Assembly (NCBI GenBank): GCA_050012255.1
Contig: JBEKHN010000003.1
Coordinates: 113,992 to 177,991 of the forward strand
DNA length: 64,000 nucleotides
From: Candidatus Bathyarchaeia archaeon
Lineage (GTDB): Archaea > Thermoproteota > Bathyarchaeia > Bathyarchaeales > Bathycorpusculaceae
Direction of reading: 5' to 3'
Part shown: piece after piece, positions 52,004 to 61,908 of the stretch
Layout: each line of letters opens with the position of its first letter
Position numbering within the stretch: the stretch's first letter is position 1
The notes under the pieces: model-generated
Told to the model about the DNA's origin: nothing
The model's database searches: none
Seen by the model: the letters and a program-made list of their open reading frames with translations, nothing else
Translations under genes and position numbers: made by a program

Positions 52004-53479
52004 TTACCGGTGTGGGAGCATCATGGCGCCTACTCCGGGCGGTGGGGCTTCCAGGCTTGCGCGACAAGCTAGGGCTAGGGCGTAGAGTTGGTCGTCGTGG
52101 CGGCCTAGTGGATGCCAGAACTTGAGGTGGATTCGTGGTTGTGCGGTTTGTGGCTGAAGGTACTCATATTGCTGTTCGTTCATCTGCGTCATCAGTTGCT
52201 GATCGTCACCTGGGATCTTGAGCAGTTTCTTTTCCATGAGGATTTTGAGGTGGTTGAGCATGTTTTCTTTTTCGATGTCCGTGAAGAAGACGCCGCTGAC
52301 GCTTCCTGCTCTGATGGCTTGTAGCTCGTCGACTACGGCGTCTCCTACGCCCGTTTTGTCCACGTAGAGGCGTTCAAAGTTGAAGATTTGGTGGGCTCTC
52401 GCCACGTAGCCGACGACGTGTGGGTAGGGTGTGCCTAGAGGAAACTGGCGTTTGTGTGCGAGTCTGACTTGGCCTTTTTCGTTTTTTTGCACGATGATTA
52501 GAACGGTGTGGTCGACTTGTTTGCCGAGGTCCAAGCCTGCATAGTATGGCTGCTTAAGCTGCTGTGGCTTAGCCTTTTCGATGTCTTCGATGTAGGCGGC
52601 GGGAGAGTCAGGGTTGCCCAGCTCAGGGTCTATGCATTGCGCGATCAGGTCTATTGAAAAGAACGCGTTTGCAGCCTCAACCCAGAGTGCTTCTACCTCT
52701 CGCTTCCATTCTTCCGATGTCATTACGTCGTGCCACTCGTCGAGTTGTTGCTGGCTCACGAGGGGGCTTGAGCCGCTTGGGTAGTGGTGCACTGAGTAGC
52801 GTTTCCTGTCTAGGAAGGCTTTGTGAAAGACGTGGTTGAAGGCCATCGGCGTGCCGCTCATGACCAGGCCAGCGTTGGGCTTTGTTAGCATCATCATTAT
52901 TTCACTCGTGATCATCTCGCTGGGAACGATGCTGGCCTCGTCTATGAAGACCCAGTCCGGATGGTAACCTCTGAGCTTGTCTGGTGAGCATGGGAGGGCA
53001 ACGAGTCTTCCGCTCAGCGGCGGCTTGAGCCTGATGGTTGTGTGTGTGGTTCCAGGGTGTTGAATCATCTCTTTCATGAGCGGGTTGGCCATGATGGTGG
53101 AGTAGCAGTAGTCGAACATGATCATGCTCTGGCGCTGAGTGCTGCTGATGATGAGGCTCTCCACCTTGACTCTTGTGAACAGCAGCCACAGGTTCTTCCT
53201 GCTGAACACTAGGCTCTTGCCCCAGCCTCTTCCGCAGACGACAACGGTTTTGAGACTCATGTCTCTGAGCAGCTTCTGATGGTCTGAGGCCTGAACGAGC
53301 CACTTGTCTCCACACATCAGAACCGCATAGAAAACTGGGTCGTCAACGAGTCTGCGAGTCACTTCCGCGTAGCCGAGAAGCTGCCTCAACGCCGTCGGCT
53401 TCTGCCTCAAACCTTCAGATACAGACGCTGCAAAAGCTAAGTCACTGGTCACCTTCTGAACGAAAGTCTTCTCGTCCAA
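52004..53479 (-). CDS. terL: Terminase large subunit (ATPase + RNase H-like nuclease)
   Basis: Walker A CGRGWGKS, LRG, Walker B WVFIDEA, SGTP, GLDLG, DKTGVG, HDDQLYALALA. Confidence 0.9.
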   Translation of the reverse strand: MDEKTFVQKVTSDLAFAASVSEGLRQKPTALRQLLGYAEVTRRLVDDPVFYAVLMCGDKWLVQASDHQKLLRDMSLKTVVVCGRGWGKSLVFSRKNLWLLFTRVKVESLIISSTQRQSMIMFDYCYSTIMANPLMKEMIQHPGTTHTTIRLKPPLSGRLVALPCSPDKLRGYHPDWVFIDEASIVPSEMITSEIMMMLTKPNAGLVMSGTPMAFNHVFHKAFLDRKRYSVHHYPSGSSPLVSQQQLDEWHDVMTSEEWKREVEALWVEAANAFFSIDLIAQCIDPELGNPDSPAAYIEDIEKAKPQQLKQPYYAGLDLGKQVDHTVLIIVQKNEKGQVRLAHKRQFPLGTPYPHVVGYVARAHQIFNFERLYVDKTGVGDAVVDELQAIRAGSVSGVFFTDIEKENMLNHLKILMEKKLLKIPGDDQQLMTQMNEQQYEYLQPQTAQPRIHLKFWHPLGRHDDQLYALALACRASLEAPPPGVGAMMLPHR

Positions 53480-53757
53480 CGTCTAAGTCCCATCCTGCCG
53501 CGTCTTGCAATTCTCGGCTCAACATTTCTGATGAAGTCGCCCAGAGTCGCCTCGTTCAGCTCGGCATCTGCACCCCTCTGCGCAAGAAGTTTACTGAAGA
53601 CACTTGCATGGTAAGCAAGAGCATTCGCTACGCTTAGCTTCTCATGTATCGACAGGTCAGGGTTCTCCATCATGTCCTTCAAGCTGCGGAGAATTTCCCA
53701 CTCATCCTCGATGAGGCTTTCAAGACTTGCCGACCTCTTCTTCTCTCGCTCTGACAC
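53449..53757 (-). CDS. Helical protein overlapping terL, candidate terminase small subunit
   Basis: 102 aa, immediately upstream of and overlapping terL by 31 nt, basic C-tail, GGGGGT RBS. Confidence 0.6.
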   Translation of the reverse strand: MSEREKKRSASLESLIEDEWEILRSLKDMMENPDLSIHEKLSVANALAYHASVFSKLLAQRGADAELNEATLGDFIRNVEPRIARRGRMGLRRWTRRLSFRR

Positions 53758-53780
53758 ACTCTACCCCCGGTCACCGATAT

Positions 53781-54122
53781 GATCCAAATATGAACCAGAC
53801 AAACACGTTCATTCCTGCCCATCTATCTCTCAAGCCCAGTCTGGGCTTCACGTCTTCTGCCGTTCTAGGAAAGCCAGTTGTTTTCTCATTGCCTCGGCCT
53901 TTTTCAGCATGCTCAGCAAAGTCTGTTCTGGATCAGTCATCCAACGACGCTTGCAAAACTTCTAGTTCAACATCAGTTGTTTTCGAGGAATGACGTAACG
54001 TGACGCCACTCAAAGGCGGCCAAAGAATTCGCGCGTACCATGTACAGTTTGGACCGAGCTGTTAAAAAAGCAGCGGTGAGACGACATCTCCGAGGAGCAG
54101 AGAGTGAAGTTAAAATGAAGTT
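53781..54122. repeat. Diverged ~345-bp direct repeat, copy A
   Basis: Aligns by eye with 63187-63533, e.g. gatccaaatatgaacc, ggaaagccagttgttttctcat, gtgacgccactcaaaggcggccaaaga, gctgttaaaaaagcagc, gtgaagttaaaatg. Confidence 0.95.
53848..54009 (-). pseudogene. Small ORF in repeat A with internal TAG
   Basis: MASRYVIPRKQLMLN*KFCKRRWMTDPEQTLLSMLKKAEAMRKQLAFLERQKT; TAG at 53962-53964 where copy B has TGG. Confidence 0.55.
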
Positions 54123-54345
54123 TAATTATGTTGACAGCCCCTACCGGTCCATTCCCAATTGGGGTCAAGTCCCTAGAGACTGACGCCCTTTTGAGTACAG
54201 GTCGCAAAAAAATGATGGCCTCGAGAATATAGCTCCAGCGTTTCTATGCTTCGTTTCGCGCGCGCTTAGACTACCCATGGTTTTCCGTGATAATCGAGTT
54301 TATATGTGTTAAGAACGTACTAAATTCTAAGAGGTGATTGAACAA

Positions 54346-54465
54346 ATGCAAATGCATCGTGGGCGTGCGGGTGGTATAGCTGGATGGCTAGTTTCTGCAA
54401 TTGTCGTAGTTATACTAGTGATAATTTTGGTCGTTGTCCTCAGAGTACTTATTCACTTGTTCTAA
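54346..54465 (+). CDS. 39-aa single-pass membrane microprotein
   Basis: GAGGTGA RBS; MQMHRGRAGGIAGWLVSAIVVVILVIILVVVLRVLIHLF. Confidence 0.7.
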   Translation: MQMHRGRAGGIAGWLVSAIVVVILVIILVVVLRVLIHLF

Positions 54466-54650
54466 GGCAAACTCGAAGAAGAATATGAGAAAACTCAAGT
54501 CTTCACAGCAACAGAAGCCAAACTAGGGGTTCAAAAATGAGTGAAAGGGAAGGGACAAACTATGATTGTTTGTGAATACTGCCATGAAGAAATGCGCGTG
54601 GTGCTACGCTTAAATACGCAAATATTGACTTGGAAATAGAGGTGATAGGA

Positions 54651-54788
54651 ATGCCGGATAAGAAGAAAAAAGTTGAAGGGGCTGCTGAGAGAGCTGGTGA
54701 AGCAGTCGGAGAAGGCCTCAAGAAAGGTGCTAAAGCCGTAGAAGATTTTGGGAAGGGAATAAAGAAAAGAATCGAGAAAAAAGAATAA
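54651..54788 (+). CDS. 45-aa CsbD/LEA-like hydrophilic protein
   Basis: GAGGTGA RBS; MPDKKKKVEGAAERAGEAVGEGLKKGAKAVEDFGKGIKKRIEKKE. Confidence 0.75.
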   Translation: MPDKKKKVEGAAERAGEAVGEGLKKGAKAVEDFGKGIKKRIEKKE

Positions 54789-54973
54789 GAAAGGCAGCGC
54801 GCGGTAATTTAGTTTAGGTTTGCGATTCTGGGAACCCATGTTTCTTTTTCATTTCTCAGATATTGAGCAAGCGCGCGCTATGACAGCATGAATAGGACAA
54901 ACAGAATATATTGACCAACTTTGCTCATTATGGGCGACATGCGCTTAGGCAATTGATAGGGGGCATTTGGTTA

Positions 54974-55843
54974 ATGAGAAAGCGAAAGCCTGAGGAAGAT
55001 GCTAGAGAGGATTTGACCTTCAGGCTCAGAAGAGGCACGCAAAAGATCATGTCGAGATCTTCTAAGTTGGTGGGACAGAGGTTTAACCCGGGCGATTTCG
55101 ATGTCGTGAAAGTCAAAATCAATATCTCAGGGCTTTCGACCCTCTTCCAAGGCTACCGAATAGTGCACATCAGCGACATCCATTACGGGCAATGGATCTC
55201 TGCCGATCGCTTGAAGGGCGTGGTTGGCTTGATCAACCAGCAGGAGCCGGACATCGTAGCGATCACAGGGGATTTCGTATCCTACTCAGGGAGGAATGTC
55301 GAGGACCTCATCCCCGTGCTCAGGGGAATACGTGCGCGAGACGCGACGGTGGCAGTGCTAGGCAACCACGATTATTGGCTTGGAGCGAAGAGGATCCGCT
55401 CGATACTAAGCGAAAGCAAAATACTAGAGCTGAACAACGACGTTTACACGGTGACTAGAGAGGGATGTGTGCTGCATATTGCAGGGGTCGACAGCACCAC
55501 TGTGAAGAAGAAGCAACTGAACAAGGTGCTGCAGAAGCTGCCGCCCAACGGACCAGCAATTCTGCTGGCCCACGAGCCAGACTTCGCCGACATCAGCGCG
55601 GAGACGAAGAGGTTCAGCCTCCAGCTCTCCGGACATTCCCATGGGGGCCAGTTTGTGATACCCAAGCTCGGAACTCCTTTCCGCGGTGACGGTTTCAGGA
55701 AGTATCCCCTTGGAAGGTATCAGGTGGGGGAAATGGTCCAGTACACCAACCGAGGCTTAGGCACAAACGCGTTCTGGATACGCATCAACTGCGCGCCTGA
55801 GATTACGGTGATTGATCTGCAACCTAAAGAGAAGAGAGCATGA
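54974..55843 (+). CDS. Metallophosphoesterase (YkuE-like)
   Basis: SDIH, TGDF, GNHD, HEP, SGHSHGGQ; start probably ATG 54974 (track 54911). Confidence 0.9.
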   Translation: MRKRKPEEDAREDLTFRLRRGTQKIMSRSSKLVGQRFNPGDFDVVKVKINISGLSTLFQGYRIVHISDIHYGQWISADRLKGVVGLINQQEPDIVAITGDFVSYSGRNVEDLIPVLRGIRARDATVAVLGNHDYWLGAKRIRSILSESKILELNNDVYTVTREGCVLHIAGVDSTTVKKKQLNKVLQKLPPNGPAILLAHEPDFADISAETKRFSLQLSGHSHGGQFVIPKLGTPFRGDGFRKYPLGRYQVGEMVQYTNRGLGTNAFWIRINCAPEITVIDLQPKEKRA

Positions 55844-57858
55844 CAAAAGATAATTTCACACGCGCACTAGTTGTATGGTTTTTAACATCTTTAGGTATCT
55901 TCTTTACGGGCGTTCTGACTGGATTTTACGCCCGCAATCTTGTCGTCGCGCTGATCGCGACCGCCGGGCTTGGGTTAATTAATGCACTGCTTTGGCCCCT
56001 CTTATCGAGGTTAGCACTCGCGCGCTCTGTGATAACGTTCGGTTTGAGTGCGCTACTATTGAACGGCATAATAATCTGGTTGCTGGCTTCCTTCACTTCG
56101 GAAATTGAGGCCTCTGGGTGGGGGTTACTTTTGCTCCCCTTGAACATAGCGCTGATCAATACCGCGGTCTCGGGGATACTCACCATCGACGACGATGCAT
56201 CATTCTACCGTTCGGTGTTCAAGAAGATGAAGGGGCGTGCAGAGAAGGCAACGGAGAACAAAGACAAGCCAGGCTTCATCTTTCTGGAGATCGACGGGTT
56301 GGCTGAGACGATTCTCCGCAAAGCGATAGAGAACGGGACGATGCCAACCCTGGCAGGGTGGGTCAGCAGCGGAACGCACAAGATAAAGGGATGGGAAACG
56401 GATTTTTCGTCCCAGACCGGCGCAAGCCAAGCGGGCATATTGCACGGGAACAACAAAGACATCCCTGCCTTCAGATGGGTGGAAAAAGCGAAAGGCAACA
56501 AGGTCATATCGACCACCGGCATGGGCGATTCCCAGGCGGTTGAGGCACGCATCTCGGATGGGAACGGCTTGCTTGTAACCGATGGACACGCTGTAGCCAA
56601 TCTCTATTCTGGTGACGCCAAAGACAACATCTTCGTCTACAGCAAGCTCAGCAAAATAAGGGAGTTGTACAGCCAGTCGTGGAACACTTTCTACGCGGTC
56701 TCCTACAATCTTGTCCACACGACCGCGTACACCCTCTGGGAGATGGTGCTGGAGGCCAGGTCCAGGTACAGGCAGGGGCGAAGGAATACGCTACCCAGAC
56801 TGCGCCACCGCGGGCGCTTATACTACTTCACAAGGGCGGTGGCGGATACCTTCCTGCGCGAGTTGAGCACTTACACTGTCATAGGCGACATTATCGCGGG
56901 TGACAAGGATGTCGTGTATACTACGTTCATGGGGTATGATGAGGTGGCGCATCATTGCGGCATCTCGGACGATGAGGCTTTCTACGTTTTGAGAAAGCTG
57001 GACAGGTGCATAAAGAGGATAGAGGCGGCAAAGGCATACGCGCAACGCCCGTACTACCTCTGCGTCCTTTCAGACCACGGTCAGACCAACGGCGCCACGT
57101 TCAAGCAACGTTATGGTCACACCCTGGCAGATCTTGTGCAGAAGCTTCTGCCTGAGGGACATAGGACGTACTTCGAGTTTGACTCCAACCAGGACCACTT
57201 CGGACAGATGGTGATAGCGCCTCTGCAGGACGTAAGAAATAGAGTGACTCGAAAGTCGAAGAAAAAGGAGGACAAAGAGATTGATGCAATCGTGCTGGCC
57301 TCGGGCAACGTGGGCCTGATATATTTCACACAATGGGCGGATCGGATAAGCTTGGAGGATATCAATAAGACCTATCCAGAGATGGTGAAGGGTTTGTCGC
57401 AGCATGAGGGCGTCAGTTTTGCCATGATCCGCTCGAAGGAGCGGGGGCCGGTCGTCATAGGCGCGAAGGGCAAGTATTACCTCGCGGACGATAAGGTCGA
57501 GGGTGAGAACCCGTTGGCCAAATTCGGGAAGCGGGCTGCTGCGCACCTGCGCAGGTTGGACAGCTTCAACTGCGTCCCTGATATCCTTCTCATGAGCATG
57601 TACGACACGGAGAAAGATGAGGTGGCGGCATTTGAAGAGCTGATTGGTAGCCACGGTGGCCTGGGTGGCACCCAGTCGAAGCCCTTCATACTGCATCCTT
57701 CTGAATGGGACCTTGAGAAGGAGGAGATCGTCGGCGCCGAGAACGTTTGTCGGCTATTTAAGATGGAGATGGCGAATATTTCGACGAAGTCGGACGGAAC
57801 CAAACGGAATGATAACAATGGAACAGTGCACGCGGATAAGACGGCGCGTGTGACTTGA
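55840..57858 (+). CDS. 4-TM 'phage holin family' (YvlD-like) domain fused to alkaline phosphatase/phosphodiesterase-superfamily domain
   Basis: N-terminal TMs with GLINALLWP; EIDGL, SQTGASQ, GYDEVAHH, SDHGQ, GSHGGLGG. Confidence 0.82.
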   Translation: MTKDNFTRALVVWFLTSLGIFFTGVLTGFYARNLVVALIATAGLGLINALLWPLLSRLALARSVITFGLSALLLNGIIIWLLASFTSEIEASGWGLLLLPLNIALINTAVSGILTIDDDASFYRSVFKKMKGRAEKATENKDKPGFIFLEIDGLAETILRKAIENGTMPTLAGWVSSGTHKIKGWETDFSSQTGASQAGILHGNNKDIPAFRWVEKAKGNKVISTTGMGDSQAVEARISDGNGLLVTDGHAVANLYSGDAKDNIFVYSKLSKIRELYSQSWNTFYAVSYNLVHTTAYTLWEMVLEARSRYRQGRRNTLPRLRHRGRLYYFTRAVADTFLRELSTYTVIGDIIAGDKDVVYTTFMGYDEVAHHCGISDDEAFYVLRKLDRCIKRIEAAKAYAQRPYYLCVLSDHGQTNGATFKQRYGHTLADLVQKLLPEGHRTYFEFDSNQDHFGQMVIAPLQDVRNRVTRKSKKKEDKEIDAIVLASGNVGLIYFTQWADRISLEDINKTYPEMVKGLSQHEGVSFAMIRSKERGPVVIGAKGKYYLADDKVEGENPLAKFGKRAAAHLRRLDSFNCVPDILLMSMYDTEKDEVAAFEELIGSHGGLGGTQSKPFILHPSEWDLEKEEIVGAENVCRLFKMEMANISTKSDGTKRNDNNGTVHADKTARVT

Positions 57859-58003
57859 CATCATAGTAAAGCGTCCCATTGACAAAACTCCTTTTGACTT
57901 CTTATCCCCAGCCTACGCTACAACTTGGTGCGTGTTTGAGAAACTAGACATAGGTTGAAAAAAATGAGTGCGCCTCAGATGCGTGCGGTCCGTTCTGTGG
58001 ACG

Positions 58004-58174
58004 CTATCTTTTTTCTCCGGTCAAGACGTGTCTTCCAGTCAAAAGCCTGTAGACTATTATGATTACGGCAATCACAAGCAGTATATGTATCAGTGCCCCT
58101 ACGCCAGGTAGAGCAAAGAATCCGACTAACCACAGTATCACGAGAATAACAACAATTGCCCAAAAGACGTCCAT
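58004..58174 (-). CDS. lmo0937-family small membrane protein
   Basis: WAIVVILVILWLVGF...GALIHILLVIAVIII pattern. Confidence 0.8.
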   Translation of the reverse strand: MDVFWAIVVILVILWLVGFFALPGVGALIHILLVIAVIIIVYRLLTGRHVLTGEKR

Positions 58175-58333
58175 TTTCATCCTCATTTTTCCTCCTGATT
58201 TCAAGAAGTCCCATACCTCATATTTAAAACTTCGTAGAACCTAGTTTGGCGCGCGCGCAAAACCAAGAAGGTCGATGTTAAGTCAGCGCGCAAGCTTTTT
58301 TAAGCTGAACCAACGACCCTTCTAATGGTAGAT

Positions 58334-58492
58334 ATGTCAACTTTTGATAAAGCCAAGAAAAAAGTTAAAGAAGCAGCTGAAAAGACAGAGGAAGAAGCCA
58401 AGGAAGCTGGAGGAAAAATAAGAAGAGCCGGCAAGAAAGGCGTTCAAAAAGCCAGAAAAATTGGCCGTGAAACGAAAGAAAAACTGAAATGA
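58334..58492 (+). CDS. 52-aa CsbD/LEA-like hydrophilic protein
   Basis: MSTFDKAKKKVKEAAEKTEEEAKEAGGKIRRAGKKGVQKARKIGRETKEKLK. Confidence 0.7.
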   Translation: MSTFDKAKKKVKEAAEKTEEEAKEAGGKIRRAGKKGVQKARKIGRETKEKLK

Positions 58493-58620
58493 CTTTTCGT
58501 CATTTCTGCCTATCTCATCGCTATTTATCTTACGCTAGGTCAATTGATCTCTGCTTTACATGTCCCGCGCGCGCTAAGTGCAAAGCTGTGTGTAATGAAA
58601 TAGACAAATGGTGAAAGATT

Positions 58621-58941
58621 ATGGCAAGAATAACTTTTGTTGGGGTTGTTAGTGACCAAAAGAAGGCAGGTGAGGTTGTTACTGTAACAGTGACTCTTCC
58701 TAGTGGAGATACAATGCATGTCGCAGCTGCAACTTTAGAAGACAGGACCTATTCTGTTGTTCAAGAATTCATTGCTGAAGGAGATTATCGTGCAGTTGCA
58801 AATGTCGAAACTGATCTTGCCACGAGTGATGTAGTTTGCTTCACAGTGACAAAGGCACTGACAGAAAGGATAGTGACTCTAGATGTACGAAGGACGGTGA
58901 GAAACAGAAAGGGAAAAGCGAAAACAGAAAGAAGGACATGA
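58621..58941 (+). CDS. Hypothetical beta-rich (Ig-like?) protein
   Basis: GGTGA RBS; alternating V/T strands. Confidence 0.6.
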   Translation: MARITFVGVVSDQKKAGEVVTVTVTLPSGDTMHVAAATLEDRTYSVVQEFIAEGDYRAVANVETDLATSDVVCFTVTKALTERIVTLDVRRTVRNRKGKAKTERRT

Positions 58942-59084
58942 AAACCACTAGCGCGCGCTAATAAATCCTATTATGTGAATGCGTGTCAAAACTGGGCAGG
59001 CTTTGTTCTTTCACGTTTCAAACGATAGGTGAGTCATTAGTACTCGTAGCTAACGGATTTATACATAAAATCACTTGAAGCTTT

Positions 59085-59366
59085 TTGATGATGCAGAAAG
59101 GTTCGTTCTCGCAGACGAAGGGCAACAGGGATCGGTTTAGCATATTCTCAGACGTGCTGACTTGTGCGATTAGAGGAACTAGGAAAACGGAAATCATGTG
59201 CAGGGTCGGGCTAAGCGGTCTTCAGTTGCACAAGTACATGGACGCGCTCACTAGATATGGGCTACTGGACGTACAAATTCTCAAAAAGACAGCCACCTAC
59301 AGAACCACTCGTAAAGGAAAGAGCTTCCTCAGAGCATTCGGCGCATTGGTAGAACACTTAAGCTAG
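59085..59366 (+). CDS. Archaeal winged-helix protein
   Basis: RDRFSI...KTEIM...YRTTRKGKSFL. Confidence 0.75.
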   Translation: MMMQKGSFSQTKGNRDRFSIFSDVLTCAIRGTRKTEIMCRVGLSGLQLHKYMDALTRYGLLDVQILKKTATYRTTRKGKSFLRAFGALVEHLS

Positions 59367-59509
59367 CATAAGTCACAGAACGCGCGCTAATCTCATCCAC
59401 CTTGATCAAGGTTTGGGGCCCGCGCGCTTGCTCACTTTTTGAAGAAATCAAGGCCGGATTCTATGGTTAATGGTCAAAGTTGACCGCTAACGTGAGTGTT
59501 TGGCTAGGC

Positions 59510-60022
59510 TTATTCCTTGGCGTATGATTCGACTAAGCAGTTTGGTGACAACGCCTTTAGCTGTACGCTTCCCTTCATGCTAACCAGAAAAGTCCTGAAG
59601 TTCTGAAGGGAACCACCCCAGTCTCTTCGGAACCTCTGATAAAACTTTGCGAAGTCCGCGTAGTCCTTGTGCACTGTAACCATGACCGCGTCTGCGTCCA
59701 TTCCCTGTCCAGTGCTGGCGAACATGATGCTTGGCTGTTCCGCTGTCCATTTCTTTGCTTTGTCTTCGAGAGGGTTAACAAGCTCCTTTGAGGTGGAGAA
59801 CGTGAATGATATTAAATCAAAACCCAAGTAGGACAAGTTCGGGATCACAGTATACTGTTCAATCGCTTCTTTCTCCAGAATTTTCCGAAGTCGGGTCACC
59901 GTTGGCTGAGAGAGCTGCAGAGCTCTAGCTAGCTCCCTGTCGCTCCGCTTTGAATTCTTAATCAGCGCGAAAAGCAGCTTGGTCAGGTTAGCGCGCTGCG
60001 CGCGAGTGCGCAATTCCTTCAT
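59510..60022 (-). CDS. Lrp/AsnC family transcriptional regulator
   Basis: NSKRSDRELARALQLSQPTVTR, IPNLSYLGF. Confidence 0.85.
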   Translation of the reverse strand: MKELRTRAQRANLTKLLFALIKNSKRSDRELARALQLSQPTVTRLRKILEKEAIEQYTVIPNLSYLGFDLISFTFSTSKELVNPLEDKAKKWTAEQPSIMFASTGQGMDADAVMVTVHKDYADFAKFYQRFRRDWGGSLQNFRTFLVSMKGSVQLKALSPNCLVESYAKE

Positions 60023-60348
60023 ATGCCATGCTTATGCTGACACCTCTTATGAAACTTTGGATTGGTGCGGCTGAGCGCGCGCGAGGGGCTTTTACCGTGG
60101 TCGCTGAAGCGATTATTTAGGAGCTTTAGGAGCGTCGGGAGCGTTGGCATATCCGGTTGAAAAAGGTGCTTGGAATCTGCCCACGTTCTCTCTGATGATG
60201 CCATACCCCTTTTCTGCAAGGGAGGTTGGTAACTTGCCCAACTTTAGTGGTTTTGCATCGCGTTTGAGCGTGAGTTTGATTGTCGATCTCATTATTCCCT
60301 TGTCCAACGTTACACCTGCAAGATCCGAGTAGCTGCGCGCGCGCTCAC

Positions 60349-60882
60349 CTAGAAGTGATTCATGACAAAATCCCTAACGGTTCTATGATTAGCCATAAGT
60401 TCAACGATCTTTTTTGTAGCTTTGGTTATCTGCGTATCAAACAGTCTTGTTATAACCAACGTTAACAAAAACACAAATATGCCGAATCCAAAATTTACAA
60501 TAGCGTTTACTGAGCCCATGTACCATATGAAAAGGAATGTAGCTGCCGCACCTATCTCTCCCATGATGAAGGATCTTATGATGAAATAAAGTTTCTGCAC
60601 CCACGTAGAAAACAACAGAACCTTGATCACTGCTCTTTTCTCGATGTTACTTTCAGCTCCACTGCTTTGCTTTGTAGCACTTCCTATCTGTTGCAGCACC
60701 CTTTTTGCGTAATGAACGTCTGATAAACGCAACATCATTCTTGCATAATGAGCGTCTGACAAATCCTTGGAACTTGCGCTTTCAAGCTCTAACAAAATCC
60801 TTTGTGCTATTTCATCTATTTCAGCATCCACTCTATCTATTTCAGCAACCTTAGTCACCATTATCCCACCGGAATATTCCAA
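60349..60882 (-). CDS. Hypothetical membrane protein (2 TM)
   Basis: 177-aa ORF with two C-terminal hydrophobic segments. Confidence 0.65.
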   Translation of the reverse strand: MEYSGGIMVTKVAEIDRVDAEIDEIAQRILLELESASSKDLSDAHYARMMLRLSDVHYAKRVLQQIGSATKQSSGAESNIEKRAVIKVLLFSTWVQKLYFIIRSFIMGEIGAAATFLFIWYMGSVNAIVNFGFGIFVFLLTLVITRLFDTQITKATKKIVELMANHRTVRDFVMNHF

Positions 60883-61031
60883 GTATTTTGGTTACCAAGT
60901 CGTTTAATATGATTTTTGCCTGCTCTGCGCGCGCGCAATTACTCAAGTGTAAAGAAAACATATAGATCTGTCTGCTCACAGCAAAGTCTTTAATTGTGTA
61001 TGCGACCAAGAGCGTCGTTGCCGGACTGGGA

Positions 61032-61908
61032 GATGCGCAAGGGATTGATTAAGCGAGTTAGTATCGTTTTTGCGAATTATTGTCCACACTGTGTACCGTT
61101 TTCTCTGCGTAATGCTAACAAAATGTCCGAAGACCTTGGGGTTCCGCTTCTTACTCTTGACATAGAGATCCCTGAGCAGCTTGAGGCAGCTGACAGGCTC
61201 GTCGAAGAACATGGCGATTGGTCGGAGGATTATCTTATCCCTCAAGTCTTTGTTGAACACATGGACGGGAGAGTTAATCACGTATTAACTGGTTTTTCAG
61301 AGGCAGTTTCGGTGACAGAAGGTTCTTGGAAAGCGCTGTTTTCGAGTAGTTACTATCAAAGTCTCGTACATGAACAACCAGTTATCTCGTATCCTCACTC
61401 ATCATCCCATCGTAAGTCGTTGAAGGAGTTTGTAGAGGCATACCTAACGTTCGATGGACAATGTTACAGGCACTGCGATAGCCTTTCCTCCTTCGTAGAT
61501 CTGCGGTCCGACTCGGATAATATCATCGGAGCATATGTCTGCCCCGGCGGATACGTGTCTAGGGTCGTCTACTTCAGTGTTTACCCAGATGTCAACCAAT
61601 TAAGAAGCTTCCTTAGCTCCCAAGTCGGTAAGGAAATTGTTACCGATCGCGATATCCGTCCAGCTACTAGGCACGGGTGGGAATTGGGAAGCGATGCCAT
61701 GGCTGAGATTGGCGAGGTGAGCCCCACCGGTGTCATAAAGGAGATTTATTGGACAGTCTATGCCAAAACCGAAGACGAAAGAAGACGTGGAGTTTTTGTC
61801 TGCTCACATCTTGGGAAAGGAAGGGGATGCAACAGACTATTCGTTCAAGACAAGAAGTCAAGAAGCAGATTGTGCCCAAAGTGTAAAGCGCGCGCTAGTT
61901 GCATTTAA
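61032..61908 (+). CDS. Thioredoxin-like (CPHC) domain protein with Cys-rich C-terminus
   Basis: ANYCPHC, IPQVFV, CYRHC, C-terminal CSH...C and CPKC; start ATG 61032 (track 60994). Confidence 0.7.

Noticed and set aside
53962-53964. In-frame TAG as pyrrolysine or recoding
   Set aside because: Copy B has TGG, so a single transition explains it; TAG is used as a normal stop throughout the window
55840-57858. 'Phage holin' as lysis gene of a provirus near terL
   Set aside because: The 4-TM domain is fused to a phosphodiesterase-like domain and coupled to a metallophosphoesterase, a cellular arrangement; no lysin is present
60019-60332. Short ORFs between Lrp gene and membrane protein
   Set aside because: No recognisable motifs; likely a fragment lying between two GC tracts
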